From: Lama guanicoe
Taxonomy: Eukaryota
Length of the DNA stretch: 64,000 nt
Assembly (NCBI GenBank): GCA_013239625.1
Contig: MU057036.1
Span: 14,978,655 to 15,042,654, forward strand
Direction: 5' to 3'
The notes under the pieces were generated by a model that worked only from the letters and a program-made list of their open reading frames with translations, did not search any database and was not told where the DNA came from. Below are positions 10,631 to 23,339 of this stretch, in pieces. The position numbers were made by a program, and so were the translations under genes. Each line of letters starts with the position of its first letter. Position 1 is the stretch's first letter.

Positions 10631-12299
10631 GGCTCTTCTTACCCTAGAGGCCTCCTCATTCAAGCTGGGAATCAGGCTGGGGGAGGGGGAAGCTGGAAGA
10701 TGTCTTCCAGCCCGTTGCTGGTGGAAGCAGCCCCACTGTTTCACTCAGAGATCAACAAATGGCACCTTGGTCCTCGGTGAACAAATCCTCTGGAAGTGGA
10801 GCTCCTTCATAATGAAGCTGGCTGTTTTCTTCTTTCAGTCTTCATAAATCATGTGCGCCAGTGCTGGCATGACTCATGTGGCTCGGCAGCAAAGCTCCTG
10901 CTCAGCCACACAGCTGCACGGGACAAAAATACCTCAGTGAATAAAGCGTGTTTGTCCTGCAGGATTTGGGGTATAAATACGAAATCAGCAAATATGTTGG
11001 GGTTCCCCAGCCTCGCGTTTCTGACTCTCATAACCCCTTGGCTGCCTCCTCTGTCCCTTCAGCTGCCCCATGTCAGCCTCTTTCCCCACTTCCTTGCTTT
11101 TGTCAAGGAAGAAAAAGGTCTGATCAGGGTCACTGTCATCTACGGATTGTCTGATTCCTTGATGAGAGGAACTTTTGTCTCAGTGACTTGAGGTCAATGC
11201 GGAACCTCAACCAAGCAAGTATACTCAGTCTTTTCATTCTAATGGAATAATGAAAGACGTCCCCCTTGTGAAAGGACTTGCAAATGGATGGGGGTGACCT
11301 GGGATGCAGTGAAATCACGGACATGTAACCCCAACACTGAGCTTGCACTTGGTGTGCTTGGGGGCCCCTGTGGGATCAGAAGTGCCTTCTGTCTCTCCTC
11401 TGTGGGTAGTCTGTGTCCTTGCAGAGACTTGTCCAGGCCAAGCTCAGTTCCAGCCCCTCCAGACCTGGTCTGGGGCTGCTGGAGTGACCAAATCAGGTGG
11501 AGTCCATTCTCCTACAGTCCAGGCCACTCCCGCAGGCTTCTTTAAACCTTTTCTCTGGCCAGTGCAGATTCGCCCTGAGGGTCCCACCCCCTCTTAATCT
11601 CCTCTCTATCTCAGAACTTCCAGAATCTTGCTTTCAGGCAACCTACTTATATTCTTTTGGTTAATACTTACTAATTTTTCACCATCCCCACTTCTTCTCT
11701 GTCCTCTTTGGATGGGTCCTGATGATTTCTGTGTTGCCGCTTCATTGGATAATGAAGTTTCTGACACTGAAGTGTGCTGTTGGAAGGCATTTTGCCTCAT
11801 TAATGGAGGTATTACTGTAAATGTGGGTCACTTAATATCTGTTAGGTGACATATCTCATTTACCTTCAGACTAGGGTATTGTTTAATATGTATTTAGGGC
11901 TTTGGCTTTAAGAGATGTATTTTTTTAATTAAACACATATTTTGAGTCCTGACATCTGACATGTTTTGCCTATATATAAAGTGTTTATATAATTTGCCTA
12001 TCTAAGTTCAGTGAAGTATAAAGTACACTAATGAACGATAGTAAATCACTCCACACATATAAACCTCTGTTTATTTGTGGCTGGACCAGAAACAGCCTAA
12101 AACTTTTCTAACATTCTAAGCACTATTGCTTTCGGATATGCTTACCCCAATATGCAGGATAAATCCTTGGCTTTAGGACAGATTTCCAGCCACATTGCTG
12201 CTTTGGGGGCTTTAGATGTGGAAAAACCAGGAGAAAGGTGGGAAACAGGACGTTCTCAGTGATCATCCTTTCTCTTTGAACGACCCACTGACTTACTCA

Positions 12300-12530
12300 G
12301 GGAGGCATCACCTGATGTGGGGAGAGAGAATGGACTTCAATGTAAAAGGGAACTGGATTTGAATCTATTAGCTTGTGACCTTGAATGAGTTGCTTAACCT
12401 TTCTAAGCCTCACTTTTCTCAGCTTTAAAAAAGTGGATGCTGATACATGTTTCCTGGGTAGGTTGTGAGGTGAAAGCACTTAGCCAATCTCTGTCTATAA
12501 CGGGATTCAATAAATGCCAATTCTCTTTTT
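12300..12530 (+). mobile_element. MIR SINE
   Basis: tgtgaccttgaatgagttgcttaacctttctaagcctcacttttctcagctttaaaa. Confidence 0.8.
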
Positions 12531-12949
12531 ATTCCGATCTTAGCATAGATATCTCTATTAGATAAACCGTTTTTAGCAGATAATATGAGGAAGTATTTTT
12601 GTCCTGCCCCCACCACCATGAAGGTGATTAAGCTAAATCATCAATTACGATGTGCATCTAGAAAGTGACATTCGTTTCACACTGTGGATATCACAGCAGC
12701 AAGCCACTGCCCCAAGACTCATTTCTCTACTTACCAGCAGTGGTCACATGGAATCAGTCCTGTGGGGAAGAGTGCCAGCCAGACTTCAGGTTGGAGCAGA
12801 CCACGTGAGGCATACACCCATCTGCTACAACCAGTTCCATTTGGGGATACGTTTGAAAGGCCATGGAGAGTTACTTGCCACCTACCCACACATCTGCCAA
12901 ATTTCTCCTCAAGTACTATCGTGAAAGGTTCATTCCTTTTGTTTAAGAG

Positions 12950-13245
12950 CTTGTCAGTAGCAAACACACAAGTCAAGCTAAGGATTTTAAGGAATGGAAA
13001 CATCTTGGCTTACGTACCTTGAAAGTTTAAGAAGATGACTGACTTTGAGTGCGTCTGGAGCACATGTCCAGCTACTAAACCAATAACTCTGGCTGGAACA
13101 GGCAGAAATTTCATTGGTTAGACTTCATAAGCCTTTCCCTGGAGCAGTCCTACCTAAACTACATGGACACAGAGTGAGTCTGGGGAGGATTGCCAAAACA
13201 AGAAGATTGGTTTCTGGGCAGACAAATGCAATAGATGTTGCCTAC
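12950..13245. mobile_element. Degraded MaLR (MLT1-like) LTR fragment
   Basis: Ends ...ttctgggcagacaaatgcaatagatgttgcctaca, typical of MLT1 termini. Confidence 0.4.
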
Positions 13246-13304
13246 AAGCGACTACAGAACAGAAACTACTGCGGGAGTGTCAACACATGATTCCAGGCCG
13301 TCAG

Positions 13305-13910
13305 CTTGTTCATCAGTCAGGGACCAGTTAGGAGATGGAAACTCCCTAGTTATTTTAACAGGGAGAATTTAATAGAAGGAATTCATAACTAGGTACAAAG
13401 TTGTTAACAAGGTAGCTAAAAGTGTTCAAAAGAAGATATTAACATACTCGGGCTGGCAGAGGGAAGGGAAGAGGGTGGGACTATTAAAATCTAGAAGCTT
13501 GGAGATGCCCTATGGACCTACAACTCACTTCTGGAGAGGGGTGATGCTTGGCTGGTATTGGTGACTAAGGATGCACAATGTGGCTGGTTCTGTAGGTTTT
13601 GAACAAACTGAATCCTGGATTCACTCACTGCTATGGGAAAGAACTGCTTCTGCCGAGTGAAGAAATGTGGCTGCGGCTGCTCGCAGCAGTGGCATTCAGA
13701 CATCAAGCCAATAGGGAGCAAATGGAAAGGAGTTAATCCCTTTTCCTCCTCCAGCATTACAGGCTCCCTCTAATGCTCACAGAGCCTAATATGGAGCTGC
13801 TGCCAAAGGAGAATCATGGTTTGCAGAATCCAAGTCCAGCATCATAAAGCCAAGAAGATAAGGGCAGGTGTGGGGCTGAGAGACTGACTTCTTAACCGGG
13901 AGTAATCACA
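13305..13910 (-). mobile_element. Ancient ERV solo LTR (LTR78/LTR41-like; subfamily uncertain)
   Basis: tcagtcagggaccagttaggagatggaaact...gagaatttaatagaaggaatt: antisense LTR end with reversed polyA signal. Confidence 0.5.
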
Positions 13911-14479
13911 CTTTAGAGTGCAATGGTTACTTCCTTCAAGATTAGCAGACAGTAAGTGTACTAGAGACATGGAAGTTTGGATGGCACTGAGTAATGCTTG
14001 GAGATATGAATCATGATCCTCTCCTACTTCAAATTTCCTTATTCCTTGGGCAGAGCAGACGTGGTGTCAGAAGGACTATAGTAACTGCGACCAGAAAACA
14101 AAGGGACGACATCCCCCAGGAAAGCATTTCATTAACTTGAGTTGTTCTTTCATGTATCCATGTGACAAGTGGGTCAAGCTTTTCCTTTTCTCTCTAGGCT
14201 GTAGGCAGTCAAGGTGTTGGTAGTTACTGAGCCATGTTGATCAAAGTTCAGCTGAAACTTTCCTGATGACTAAGCATAAACAATCTTGCCAGAGGAAGGA
14301 GCTGGTGTGTTTACACAAAATGTTTGTCCTTTTCCTAAAGTAAGATTCTCCTCTTGGTCAAAATTTTTCATTAACTCTGTCACCTGAGATTAGCTCTTGA
14401 AACCCTGACATTTCAGACAAACTGAATTTCTCTAGTTATTCCAACTATACTAGTATGACTACTTTGGTCAAAGCAAGTT

Positions 14480-14519
14480 TGTGTGTGTGTGTGTGTGCAT
14501 GCATGCATGCACGTGTATG
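14480..14519. repeat. (TG)n-(CATG)n alternating purine-pyrimidine repeat
   Basis: tgtgtgtgtgtgtgtgtgcatgcatgcatgcacgtgtatg seen directly. Confidence 0.9.
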
Positions 14520-14899
14520 ACTTAAGTCCAGGTAGAAAATACATACTCTGTGTAAGCAATAAATGTCAGAAACATCAAGTACAATTTGCTGAACTTTAGC
14601 AGAACAGTTATTAAGCTATACAACCCTTTCCTTTGCTCCAGCAAATTGTGAAGACTCAACTTTTCAAAAAAGGAGAAAAGTTGAAGAACACTATGAAACC
14701 ATGAATCCATTTTTGATTTATTGTTAGCAAAAGGCTGTCATCAAAACAAAGTTTATGCCTATTAATAAATGAGCCATAAATAACAATGGTTCCCAATACA
14801 AATACACTTCCAAGGGCAAAAAATTATGGAGAAAGGAATCTGTCCCCATAAGTGACTTTGAGCCTAATAAAAATTATAAAAATACTCTAATTTATTTCA

Positions 14900-15530
14900 A
14901 CTAAATGCTTTATAGTTTTCAAAATGCTTTCACATCTATCTCCCCATTCAGTCCTCACAGGAACTATGTGAGGTGGATAAGATTTATCATTCAATTTTAC
15001 AGATTGCAAAAACAAAAAACAATGGAGGCTCAGAGACGCTGAAGCAATTTGTTTAAGTGGTAAATTGTGGAGCTGGGTCACAAACCAGGTTTTCTAAATT
15101 GCACATTGGCCCTCTTTTTATTGCTGCTTCTTTAACTAACTCTATGGTCAGATTTCAAAAATATGTAGTAAAAATATGTGTAAAAGAAAATGATCATAGC
15201 CTAAAATTTCCTACATGTATAAAGTAGTAAGATCTATCCCATTAGATAGTACTGCATCTAACACATAACTTCCTGGTAATTGGGAAGCAAGATTTGGAAT
15301 TTGAGAAGAAGAATAGCTAACATTTATTGTTACTACTTGCGAAACTCTCTTCCTTATGCAACACCTAAAACTGCTAATACTACTGAGGTATGTATTTCTT
15401 TTAGACTCATTTTACAGATGAATAGACAGAGGCTGAGATAACTCTCCAAAGTCATTTAACCAGTAAGTTGCGGAGCAAGAATCAAATCAAGGTCTGTCTG
15501 ATCCAAAACCCACCCACTCTGGTCTCTGCT
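14900..15530 (-). mobile_element. Two MIR SINEs (~14900-15100 and ~15310-15530)
   Basis: ttttacagattg...tggaggctcagaga and cattttacagatgaatagacagaggctgaga. Confidence 0.75.
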
Positions 15531-15690
15531 CTTCCATACAAGCTCAGCTGTCCCAGTAAGAAACGCTAATCCATCCTGTTCTCCCAGACCTGCCCAAACA
15601 CAGAGTCTCTAAATAAAGAGGACGAAGCCACAGCCTAACAAACTGCTAATACAGCCTCACTTGCAAAAGACATGAATTTCAGCTTTGATT

Positions 15691-15701
15691 TGCTGAGTCA
15701 T
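15691..15701. promoter_or_regulatory. Perfect CNC-sMaf antioxidant response element (TGCTGAGTCAT)
   Basis: Exact match with A/T-rich flank (ATGACTCAGCAAAT on -); function untested. Confidence 0.45.
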
Positions 15702-17789
15702 CGTGGTTAAGACCCTCCTTCCCATCCCTCTTCTCTTAGCAGGAAATGACAATATCAGGGCTGTCTTCATGGCCATTTGCCTCTGGTTTATCTCCATGAG
15801 AGTTTGCCACCACAAGGACAGACCATGGACCAGAAAAATGGGCGTTTCCCCTTACTTTATTTCATATCCTAGAATGAGAGATGTCGGCTCGATTCCAGTT
15901 ATTACCTAATTGGCAATAGTGGATCGTATTTTTTATATTGCAGGCCTGGAAGCGGGCAACAGAATTTAATGCTGGTGTAAGTAGTAGTGTTTTTTGAAAC
16001 ATTCAGGCACAATACAACATATTTCCCAACAAATAGTTCTTGCTAGCTTTGTGTCGTGTTCAAAACGTACCAGAGGCATTAATCCATATTATGGACTTGG
16101 AGCTTTCTTTTTTCTGCTTAAAGTCTAACTTATTTTCAAATTATAAAACTTATAAGTGCCCAAAACCACAAAACTTTTTTTTGGCACTCGTAACCAAAAA
16201 AGAGCTGAATTTTGTTTTCCCTAAGATTTTTATAAGAAATTTGCTCTTAGGCTGATGCTTGTGAACTTGAGCTCTTTTTTTTTTTTTCCTGACCAACTTT
16301 TAATTTACTGAAAATTGGGGCTTATGACATGGAGAAGGCACTAACAAATCCTAATCTGGGCTAATGAGCTGGATGGGTAAATGAATGGGTGGCTACCACC
16401 AAAAGATAATAATGGCCATGAGAGTTTTTTCCCCTCTCAATTAAGTATAGATGTGATTATCTGACCATGCTGCAATATTCGTTTAGTAATTGTGCTAGAC
16501 TAACAGTCTAAATTTATTTTATGTAATAGTCTTTTTAATAACAATGTCTATTAAAGACATCTGGTGAAAGTCTGTAATGCTTATTTCATGGATAGCCAGC
16601 GNNNNNNNNNNNNNNNNNNNNNNNNNNNNNNNNNNNNNNNNNNNNNNNNNNNNNNNNNNNNNNNNNNNNNNNNNNNNNNNNNNNNNNNNNNNNNNNNNNN
16701 NNNNNNNNNNNNNNNNNNNNNNNNNNNNNNNNNATATTATGAAAGGCTTTTAAAAATATTAAAAAGTTTAACTAAACAAGAATATTAGTGTAATTTAATG
16801 TTTTACCTGCAGTTTTCAAGGCCATTCAAAACACTTCCCAATCACCAGGTTTCAAATTCATATGTTAGCCTGCCTCTCATGCTACAAGGCTTTTAAAAAT
16901 CAGAGGTTTATGACATCAGGTCAATATTTTAACCACAAGAGGAAAAGAGATCTGTATTTGCTGAATTGCTTGACTGTAGGTGAAAAAGAAAAAAATCCTG
17001 TATGCCACGGACCCTTTGCTAGGGTCTGAGATGCTAGCTGAGCCACGGGGGTGGTGGTGGAACAGACAGGCCCAGGGTCCCCGGCCCAGGCTTGGCCTGG
17101 ACAGAAGCCACCACGTTAACACCACTGCCAATTTGAAATGAATCACCCTACCCATTGGCTAGGCTTAGCATCCCTGTAATTTCATTTTAAAACCTCAATG
17201 ATCAAGATGAAAAGAAAGCAATAAAACATATCAAAGTTTTCCTCGTGCAGTTTGAAGAGCCCCCTGTTCTCCGTATCTGTGGCCTTGACACTTCTTTTGG
17301 CATTGCTATTAGTGATGCAAGGAGTAATCCACCACTGTCAGGGAACTTGGCTGTTTCATCACCTACATGAGAGACCTGCATAACTCCATGGTGACTGCTG
17401 GCTAGATGAATTATGTGGCTCCTTCGTGCACTTTTTGATTGAGCAGTGATAACCCAGGTACTGCATTATCCTGTGCCCCTCTCTGCCCTGAGAAAAACTT
17501 GCTCTTTTTTCTTACAGGGCAGTGAAAGAATGACCTCATTGAGACAGTTAAAGTGACATCACCATGCCAATCCGAACTTATTACAGTCAGGAAGAAGCAA
17601 TTGCTGGGCCAGATTAAATACAGTAAAGGAAAATATCAGTGACAGCTCTTTCAACTGTTTAGAACTGGTGATAATTGTTCATCAGGCTCTTAGAAAAGAG
17701 TAGGTGAAGCAATGCCCAAAATATAGCTGCTGAAATTTATTTTATAATCTCATATTCATACTTGCCAGGGAATCCACTGGCTTTGCCAT

Positions 17790-18180
17790 TTATCCATTCA
17801 TCCATCCATTCACCATTTATTCATTCAACATATAATGTGGCATGCTCATTAAATGCCTGAGCTAAGCACTAATAATTCAGCAGTAAGCCAAACTGATGGG
17901 TGTTGCTCTTCAAGGGTTTATTGTCTATTGGGAAGACAGAAATTAAGTATTTACAAGTGTGATGAGTATTAAGAAGGACATATGCAGGACACTTTGGAAG
18001 CATGTCATAGGAGAATCTAATCTCATCAGAGGAGACAGAAAGGCTTCCTAAAAGAAATGATGCTTAAACTGAGACCTAAAGGATGAGAGACTGGAGAGAG
18101 AGCCCCTCTGGTTGAGGAATAGCAGATGCAAAGTACCTGAGGCAGGCAGGAAATGCAGGACAACCATGAGAACCTGGAGA
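17790..18180 (-). mobile_element. L2 LINE 3' fragment
   Basis: cattcatccatccattc...tcattcaaca tail and ggcttcctaaaagaaatgatgcttaaactgagacctaaaggatgag. Confidence 0.8.
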
Positions 18181-18493
18181 TACAGTGACGTCCATGATGA
18201 GTGGGGCATGGGAGGGGGAAACTGGTACAAGATGTATCACATCCTGATGGCCCATCCTCACCCATGAACAAAAAAGGAAAAAAGAATTATGTCAATAAGA
18301 TTTTATTAGAATATGATTCTAGAGGCATGGAGAATCTTAAACATTTTTTATTATGTATATCATATATACTGAGTATGTGTAGATTATAAAATATGTATAT
18401 ATGTACTATACTGTGTCTGTGTGTATATACATATAGGTACTGCCACATGTAGTTTAAATAACTATATTCTTATATATTTTTTGAGACAATGGG

Positions 18494-19178
18494 TTTTTTT
18501 TTTATTTACAATGTTGTGTTAGTTTCTGGTATGTAGCATAGTGATTCAGTTATACATATAAATTCTTTTTCATATTCTTTTTCATTATAGATTATTACAA
18601 GATATTGAATATAGTTCCCTGTACTATACAATAGGACCTTGTTGTTTATCTATTTTATGTATAGTAGTTCGTATCTGCAAATTTTGAACTCCTAGTTTAT
18701 TCCTCCCTCCCTTCCCCTTTGGTAACCACAAGTTTGTTTTCTATGTGAGTCTCTTTCTGCTTTGTAAATAAGTTCATTTGTGTCATTTTTTTTAGATTCC
18801 ACATACAAGTGACAATATATATATTTGTCTTTCTCTGTCTAACTTACTTTACTTAGTGTGATAATCTCTGGGTCCATCCACGTTGCTGCAAATGGCATTA
18901 TTTCATTCTTTTCTATGGTTGGGTAGTATTGCATTGTGTATGTGTGTATGTATATGCCACATCTTTATTCATCTGTTGATGGACATTTAGGCTGCTTCCA
19001 TGTCTTGGCTATTGTAAATAGTGCTGCTGTTTTGGGGTGTGTGCATCTTTTTGAATTAGAGTTCTTTTCCAGGTATATGCTGTGAGCGGGATTGCTGGAC
19101 CACATGGCAACTATCTTTTCTCCCTTGTATATTATTGCCTCCTTTGTCAAAGATTAATTGACCATAGGTGTGTGGGTT
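18494..19178 (-). mobile_element. Young L1 copy A: 3'UTR plus ORF2 C-terminus with internal deletion
   Basis: ORF 18965-19150 (-) gives AALFTIAKTWKQPKCPSTDE (L1 ORF2 C-term); junction near 19110 jumps to the YGQLIFDKGG segment. Confidence 0.9.
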
Positions 19179-19179
19179 C

Positions 19180-19798
19180 TTATTACAGTGTTGTGTTAGT
19201 TTCTGGTGTACAGCAAAGTGATTCAGTTATACGTATAATTCTTTTTTATTAGAAGTTACTACAAGCTACTGAATATAGTTCCCTGTGCTATAGGTCTTCT
19301 GCCCATTTTTTGATTGGGATGTTTGTTTTTTTGTTTTTGAGTTGTGTGAGCTGTTTGTGTATTCCGGAAGTTAGGCCCTTGTCAGTCGCATCGTTTGCAA
19401 ATATTTTCTCCCAGTCAGTAGGCTGTCCTTTCATTTTGTTTATAGTTTCCTTTGCTGTGCAGAAGCTTATAAGTTTAATTAGGTCCCATTTGTTTACTTT
19501 TGCTTTTATTTCTATTGCCTTGGTAGACTGACCTAGGAAAAAAACATTGCTACGATTTGTCAGAGAATGTTTTGCCTGTGTTCTCTTCTAGGATATTTAT
19601 GGTGTCCTGTCTTATGTTTAAGTCTCTAAGCCATTTTGAGTTTATTTTTGTTTGTGGTGTGAGGGAGTGTTCTAACTTCATTGATTTACATGCTGCTGTC
19701 CAGCTTTCCCATCACCACTTGCCAAAGAGACTGTCTTTCCTCCATTGTATATTCTTGCCTCCTTTGTCAAAGATTAATTGATCATAGATGTGTGAGTT
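19180..19798 (-). mobile_element. Young L1 copy B: partial 3'UTR joined to ORF2 segment, internally deleted
   Basis: Minus strand encodes LIFDKGGKNIQWRKDSLFGKW...[13 protein letters not shown]...KKWAEDL, then jumps near 19291 into 3'UTR tatagcacagggaactatattc. Confidence 0.9.
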
Positions 19799-21049
19799 TT
19801 AATTAAACTATTCTTAAACTAATATTATTTAAAATACAATTTAAATGAAAATAAAAAATGATCATACTTTAGTACCCACCACCCAGGTTAAGAACACATC
19901 TCTGTAACTTTTAAAACACCCTTTTATACCCTCTCCAACATATTCCTTCTCCTTCATTTCTGATTGTAATTTTACTACATAAGTGCATATGTGTGCTTCC
20001 CTGAATTTTATATAAGTGCAATTATATTCTGTGTATTAAGACTTTCTTTCTTGCACGAAATATATTGTGATTCATCCATGTTGATGTGTAAACATTTCCT
20101 TTTCATGGCAGAACAGAACTTCGATTTACAGCTCAACTTCAGTGCATGGTGAGTGAGGCAAATAGTACAAAGTTTCAAAATCTATAGTTAGTTCTCAGAT
20201 TTCTTTTTATTCATTAGTATCTGTGAACTTCTTCACCCACCTTTATATGAAATAACAATGGAGCTGATAATGAGCAATAAATTTGCCAAGTAATACTTGA
20301 TATTTTCAAAAAGCTTTGTAATTTATGCCATGCAAGCATACCATTGCATTTAATCCCTCACCGCAACTGTAGGAGGTAGGCGTGCCCCAAATTTCTAGTT
20401 TGACAAGCGAGGGAATTGAGGTCTAGAGAGATAAGGTGACTTGATGAGGGGCCTTTATGTGGCAGAGAGGTACAAAATCCTGTCAGAACTGGGCAATTGG
20501 AAGTGGCTTTAACACTGCAGTTACTTATGGAGCTCCCACCTACTTCCAAGGACTGTTACACATCTGTAGCATAAGCCTTGAGACCCACAGGAGTCCCATG
20601 GCATTTGAAGGGTTTAGATTCACTACTTGAATTACTCCAAAGAGACTTGGGGACCCTTGACCTGTATTAATTTGCGTTTTAGCTCAGACACATTTGATTA
20701 AAGTGAGCCGCAAGGTTGGAAAGTAGACACCCAGATACTGTAGCTACTAAATGAACCTGGTTAACTGCTCATCATCTGAGTTTGGCAGCAGGTTCACCAT
20801 TCTCTCTCCACTCTCAAGCAAAGTTATGGGAGACGTTATACACTAACATGATATTTGCTGATGTAGGCATTTACCAAGGTCTTGGGTATCTTTCTCAAAT
20901 GCTAGGAGCCTGCTGCAGCCATCCATAACATTCTTCAAATGAAAAACACAGAATTCAATATACATATACATGTACATATAACATACGAAAAAGATTGCAA
21001 TGGACTACTCAAATATGGAAGGAATAGTATTTAGTTGGTATGATTAGAA

Positions 21050-21301
21050 CAGTGGTTCCTAGCTACGGTTGCTTTTTGCCCCCTGGGGGCTTTTGACAAG
21101 ACTTAGAAATATTTTTGATTGTTGCAACTGGTCAGAGGGAATCTGTGGGGTAGAGGCTGGGGGGAGGCAGAGGATGCTACTGCATCTCCTGGGCAGAGGC
21201 TACAGATGCTGCTGATCCTCCTTCAGTGCCTAGGGCAGATCTCTGTAACAAAAAAGTTGTCCAGTGCAAAATGTCAATAGTGCCAAGGTTAAGAAACCCA
21301 G
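21050..21301 (+). mobile_element. MER20 hAT-Charlie DNA transposon with intact 8-bp TSD
   Basis: cagtggttcct...tttgccccctgggg...caaaatgtcaatagtgccaaggttaagaaacccag; GATTAGAA on both sides (21042-21049, 21302-21309). Confidence 0.9.
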
Positions 21302-22799
21302 GATTAGAATAATTATTTTCTCTATTGTTCCAGAATTTNNNNNNNNNNNNNNNNNNNNNNNNNNNNNNNNNNNNNNNNNNNNNNNNNNNNNNNNNNNNNN
21401 NNNNNNNNNNNNNNNNNNNNNNNNNNNNNNNNNNNNNNNNNNNNNNNNNNNNNNNNNNNNNNNNNNNNNNNNNNNNNNNNNNNNNNNNNNNNNNNNNNNN
21501 NNNNNNNNNNNNNNNNNNNNNNNNNNNNNNNNNNNNNNNNNNNNNNNNNNNNNNNNNNNNNNNNNNNNNNNNNNNNNNNNTGAGCCTTCAGCAAGTCATA
21601 GGAGTAATATCAAAGATCGTTGATCGCAGATCACATAACAAATACAATTATAGTGAAAAAATTTGAAATATAATGAGAATAGCCTGTATATACATTATTA
21701 CATAATGTCATTATATTTAGGTTTTTTTTCTTCTTCTACTAAGTTTTGTCATCCTAAAACAAAACTATTATTATCCTTACTTTCTGGGAAGTTTATATTA
21801 TGATTTAAGCCCTTTCATTAAGGGCTGATCAACTAAAAGCCAAATGGAACCCTCTGCATTTTTGGCAACTTCACTGTTGAGGACAAAGTTCACAACGGTA
21901 CTTAATTCACCTTATGTAAATATGCTTTCAAAATACATTTTTCTTAGATCTCAGGACCAGAAACAGTTCATCTGTCTTGTTAAACTGCTATATATATATA
22001 GCATATATATATATACCTATATATATATGTTTTTTGGTTTTTTGGGGGGTTTTTTTTGCTTTTGGGTAATAAGTACGTTTTTCTCTCTTTACCTTAGCTA
22101 CTAAGGAAACTCAATGCTAAGTTTTCTCCTCCCATCTTCCTCATTGCTTCACTCTGTTCACTTTTGGATTCTTCCTGTCTTCTTAAGTCTTGTTCACTTT
22201 TCTATCTGCACCTAACATGGTACTTTTAGAATTCATTAATTAATTACTTAACTGAAAATGTCCCCCTCTTTCCATGTCCTCCCTCCCATTCATTCTTTGT
22301 GTTTTTCCCCCATAGATTCTTTTTTTTTAATCCCTCATTGTTTTTATTCCATATCTTATCTCTTTCATACTTTTAAATGTAGCTGATTTATTGTCTCCTT
22401 TGGGTTGTTATTTTTATCTCATGTCCCTGTTCAGTGTTTCTGCTGACTCTTTTTTCAGAGCCTATTGCTACCTTTGTGTGATTTGTAATTTTTAGGTGTG
22501 AGTTTATCTTCCGTGGTGACTATTGTTTGCTTTTTGTTGTAGGAATCCCATGCATCGTTGTTAGTTGAGGGACAAATATAAACATATTCTTTTTGAAAGT
22601 TATTAGAGTAGTTTAAAAATATACACATATGCTATATTTCATAGAAAAATTTAGTATAATAAAAGTATGAAAAATTACTTAAAATTTTTTATCACATCAT
22701 CATATAAATAATAATGGAATGAACCTGGTATCATATAGCTGGGCATTATTAAATAAAAAGCATGTGGAATGTTAAAATATGAAAGTTGAGTCTATGATT

Positions 22800-22970
22800 T
22801 TTTTAAAAAATCCTGGCCTAGAAGAAATCACTGGTCTTCATATTCCCGTGGCAACCATTCCAATGGCCACACTTAGATGCAAAGGGATTTGTAATCTCTG
22901 GCTGAGCAGATGCTTCTCTGCTTTGAGGGAAGTGTGAATTTCAGTGGTCAGCTCACCATCTCTCCCACAG
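22800..22970 (-). mobile_element. MaLR MLT1 (J/K-like) LTR fragment
   Basis: atggccacacttagatgcaaaggga...ggtcagctcaccatctctcccaca. Confidence 0.55.
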
Positions 22971-23339
22971 TGGGTCTGATCTCAATGTCAAGGTCATTCT
23001 TCCTTCTCTTACTTGTCTCCTCATGATTCAGCCTTTAATATGCTATACTGTCTCCCCATCCTAGCCCTCACTCTACACTCATTGCTTTTCTAAAGATGGC
23101 GTTGAGGGTTGGGAGAAAGATCTGTGTGCCCACCTGTGTGCTAATGAAGTCAGTCCTTCTCTAACCATGGAGAAAGAGTGGTGACAAGCTCTGCTCTGTC
23201 CAAATAGAGCCACAAGAAAATTAATTGTATTAAGGCAAGGACTCTGCCAGTCTTGTTCGCCATTGTATCATCAGTACCTGAAGAGTGCCACAAGGCAGAA
23301 GGCAATATCTAGTAAGAGCTAGCATTTTCCCTTCAGTGC

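Noticed and set aside
17235-17703. Plus-strand exons after acceptors at ~17234 and 17517
   Set aside because: All frames close quickly after 17518, donors are weak and the implied intron would be only ~60 nt
21986-22003. 18-bp perfect palindrome TGC(TA)6GCA
   Set aside because: Explained by a (TA)n microsatellite plus 3 bp of chance flank
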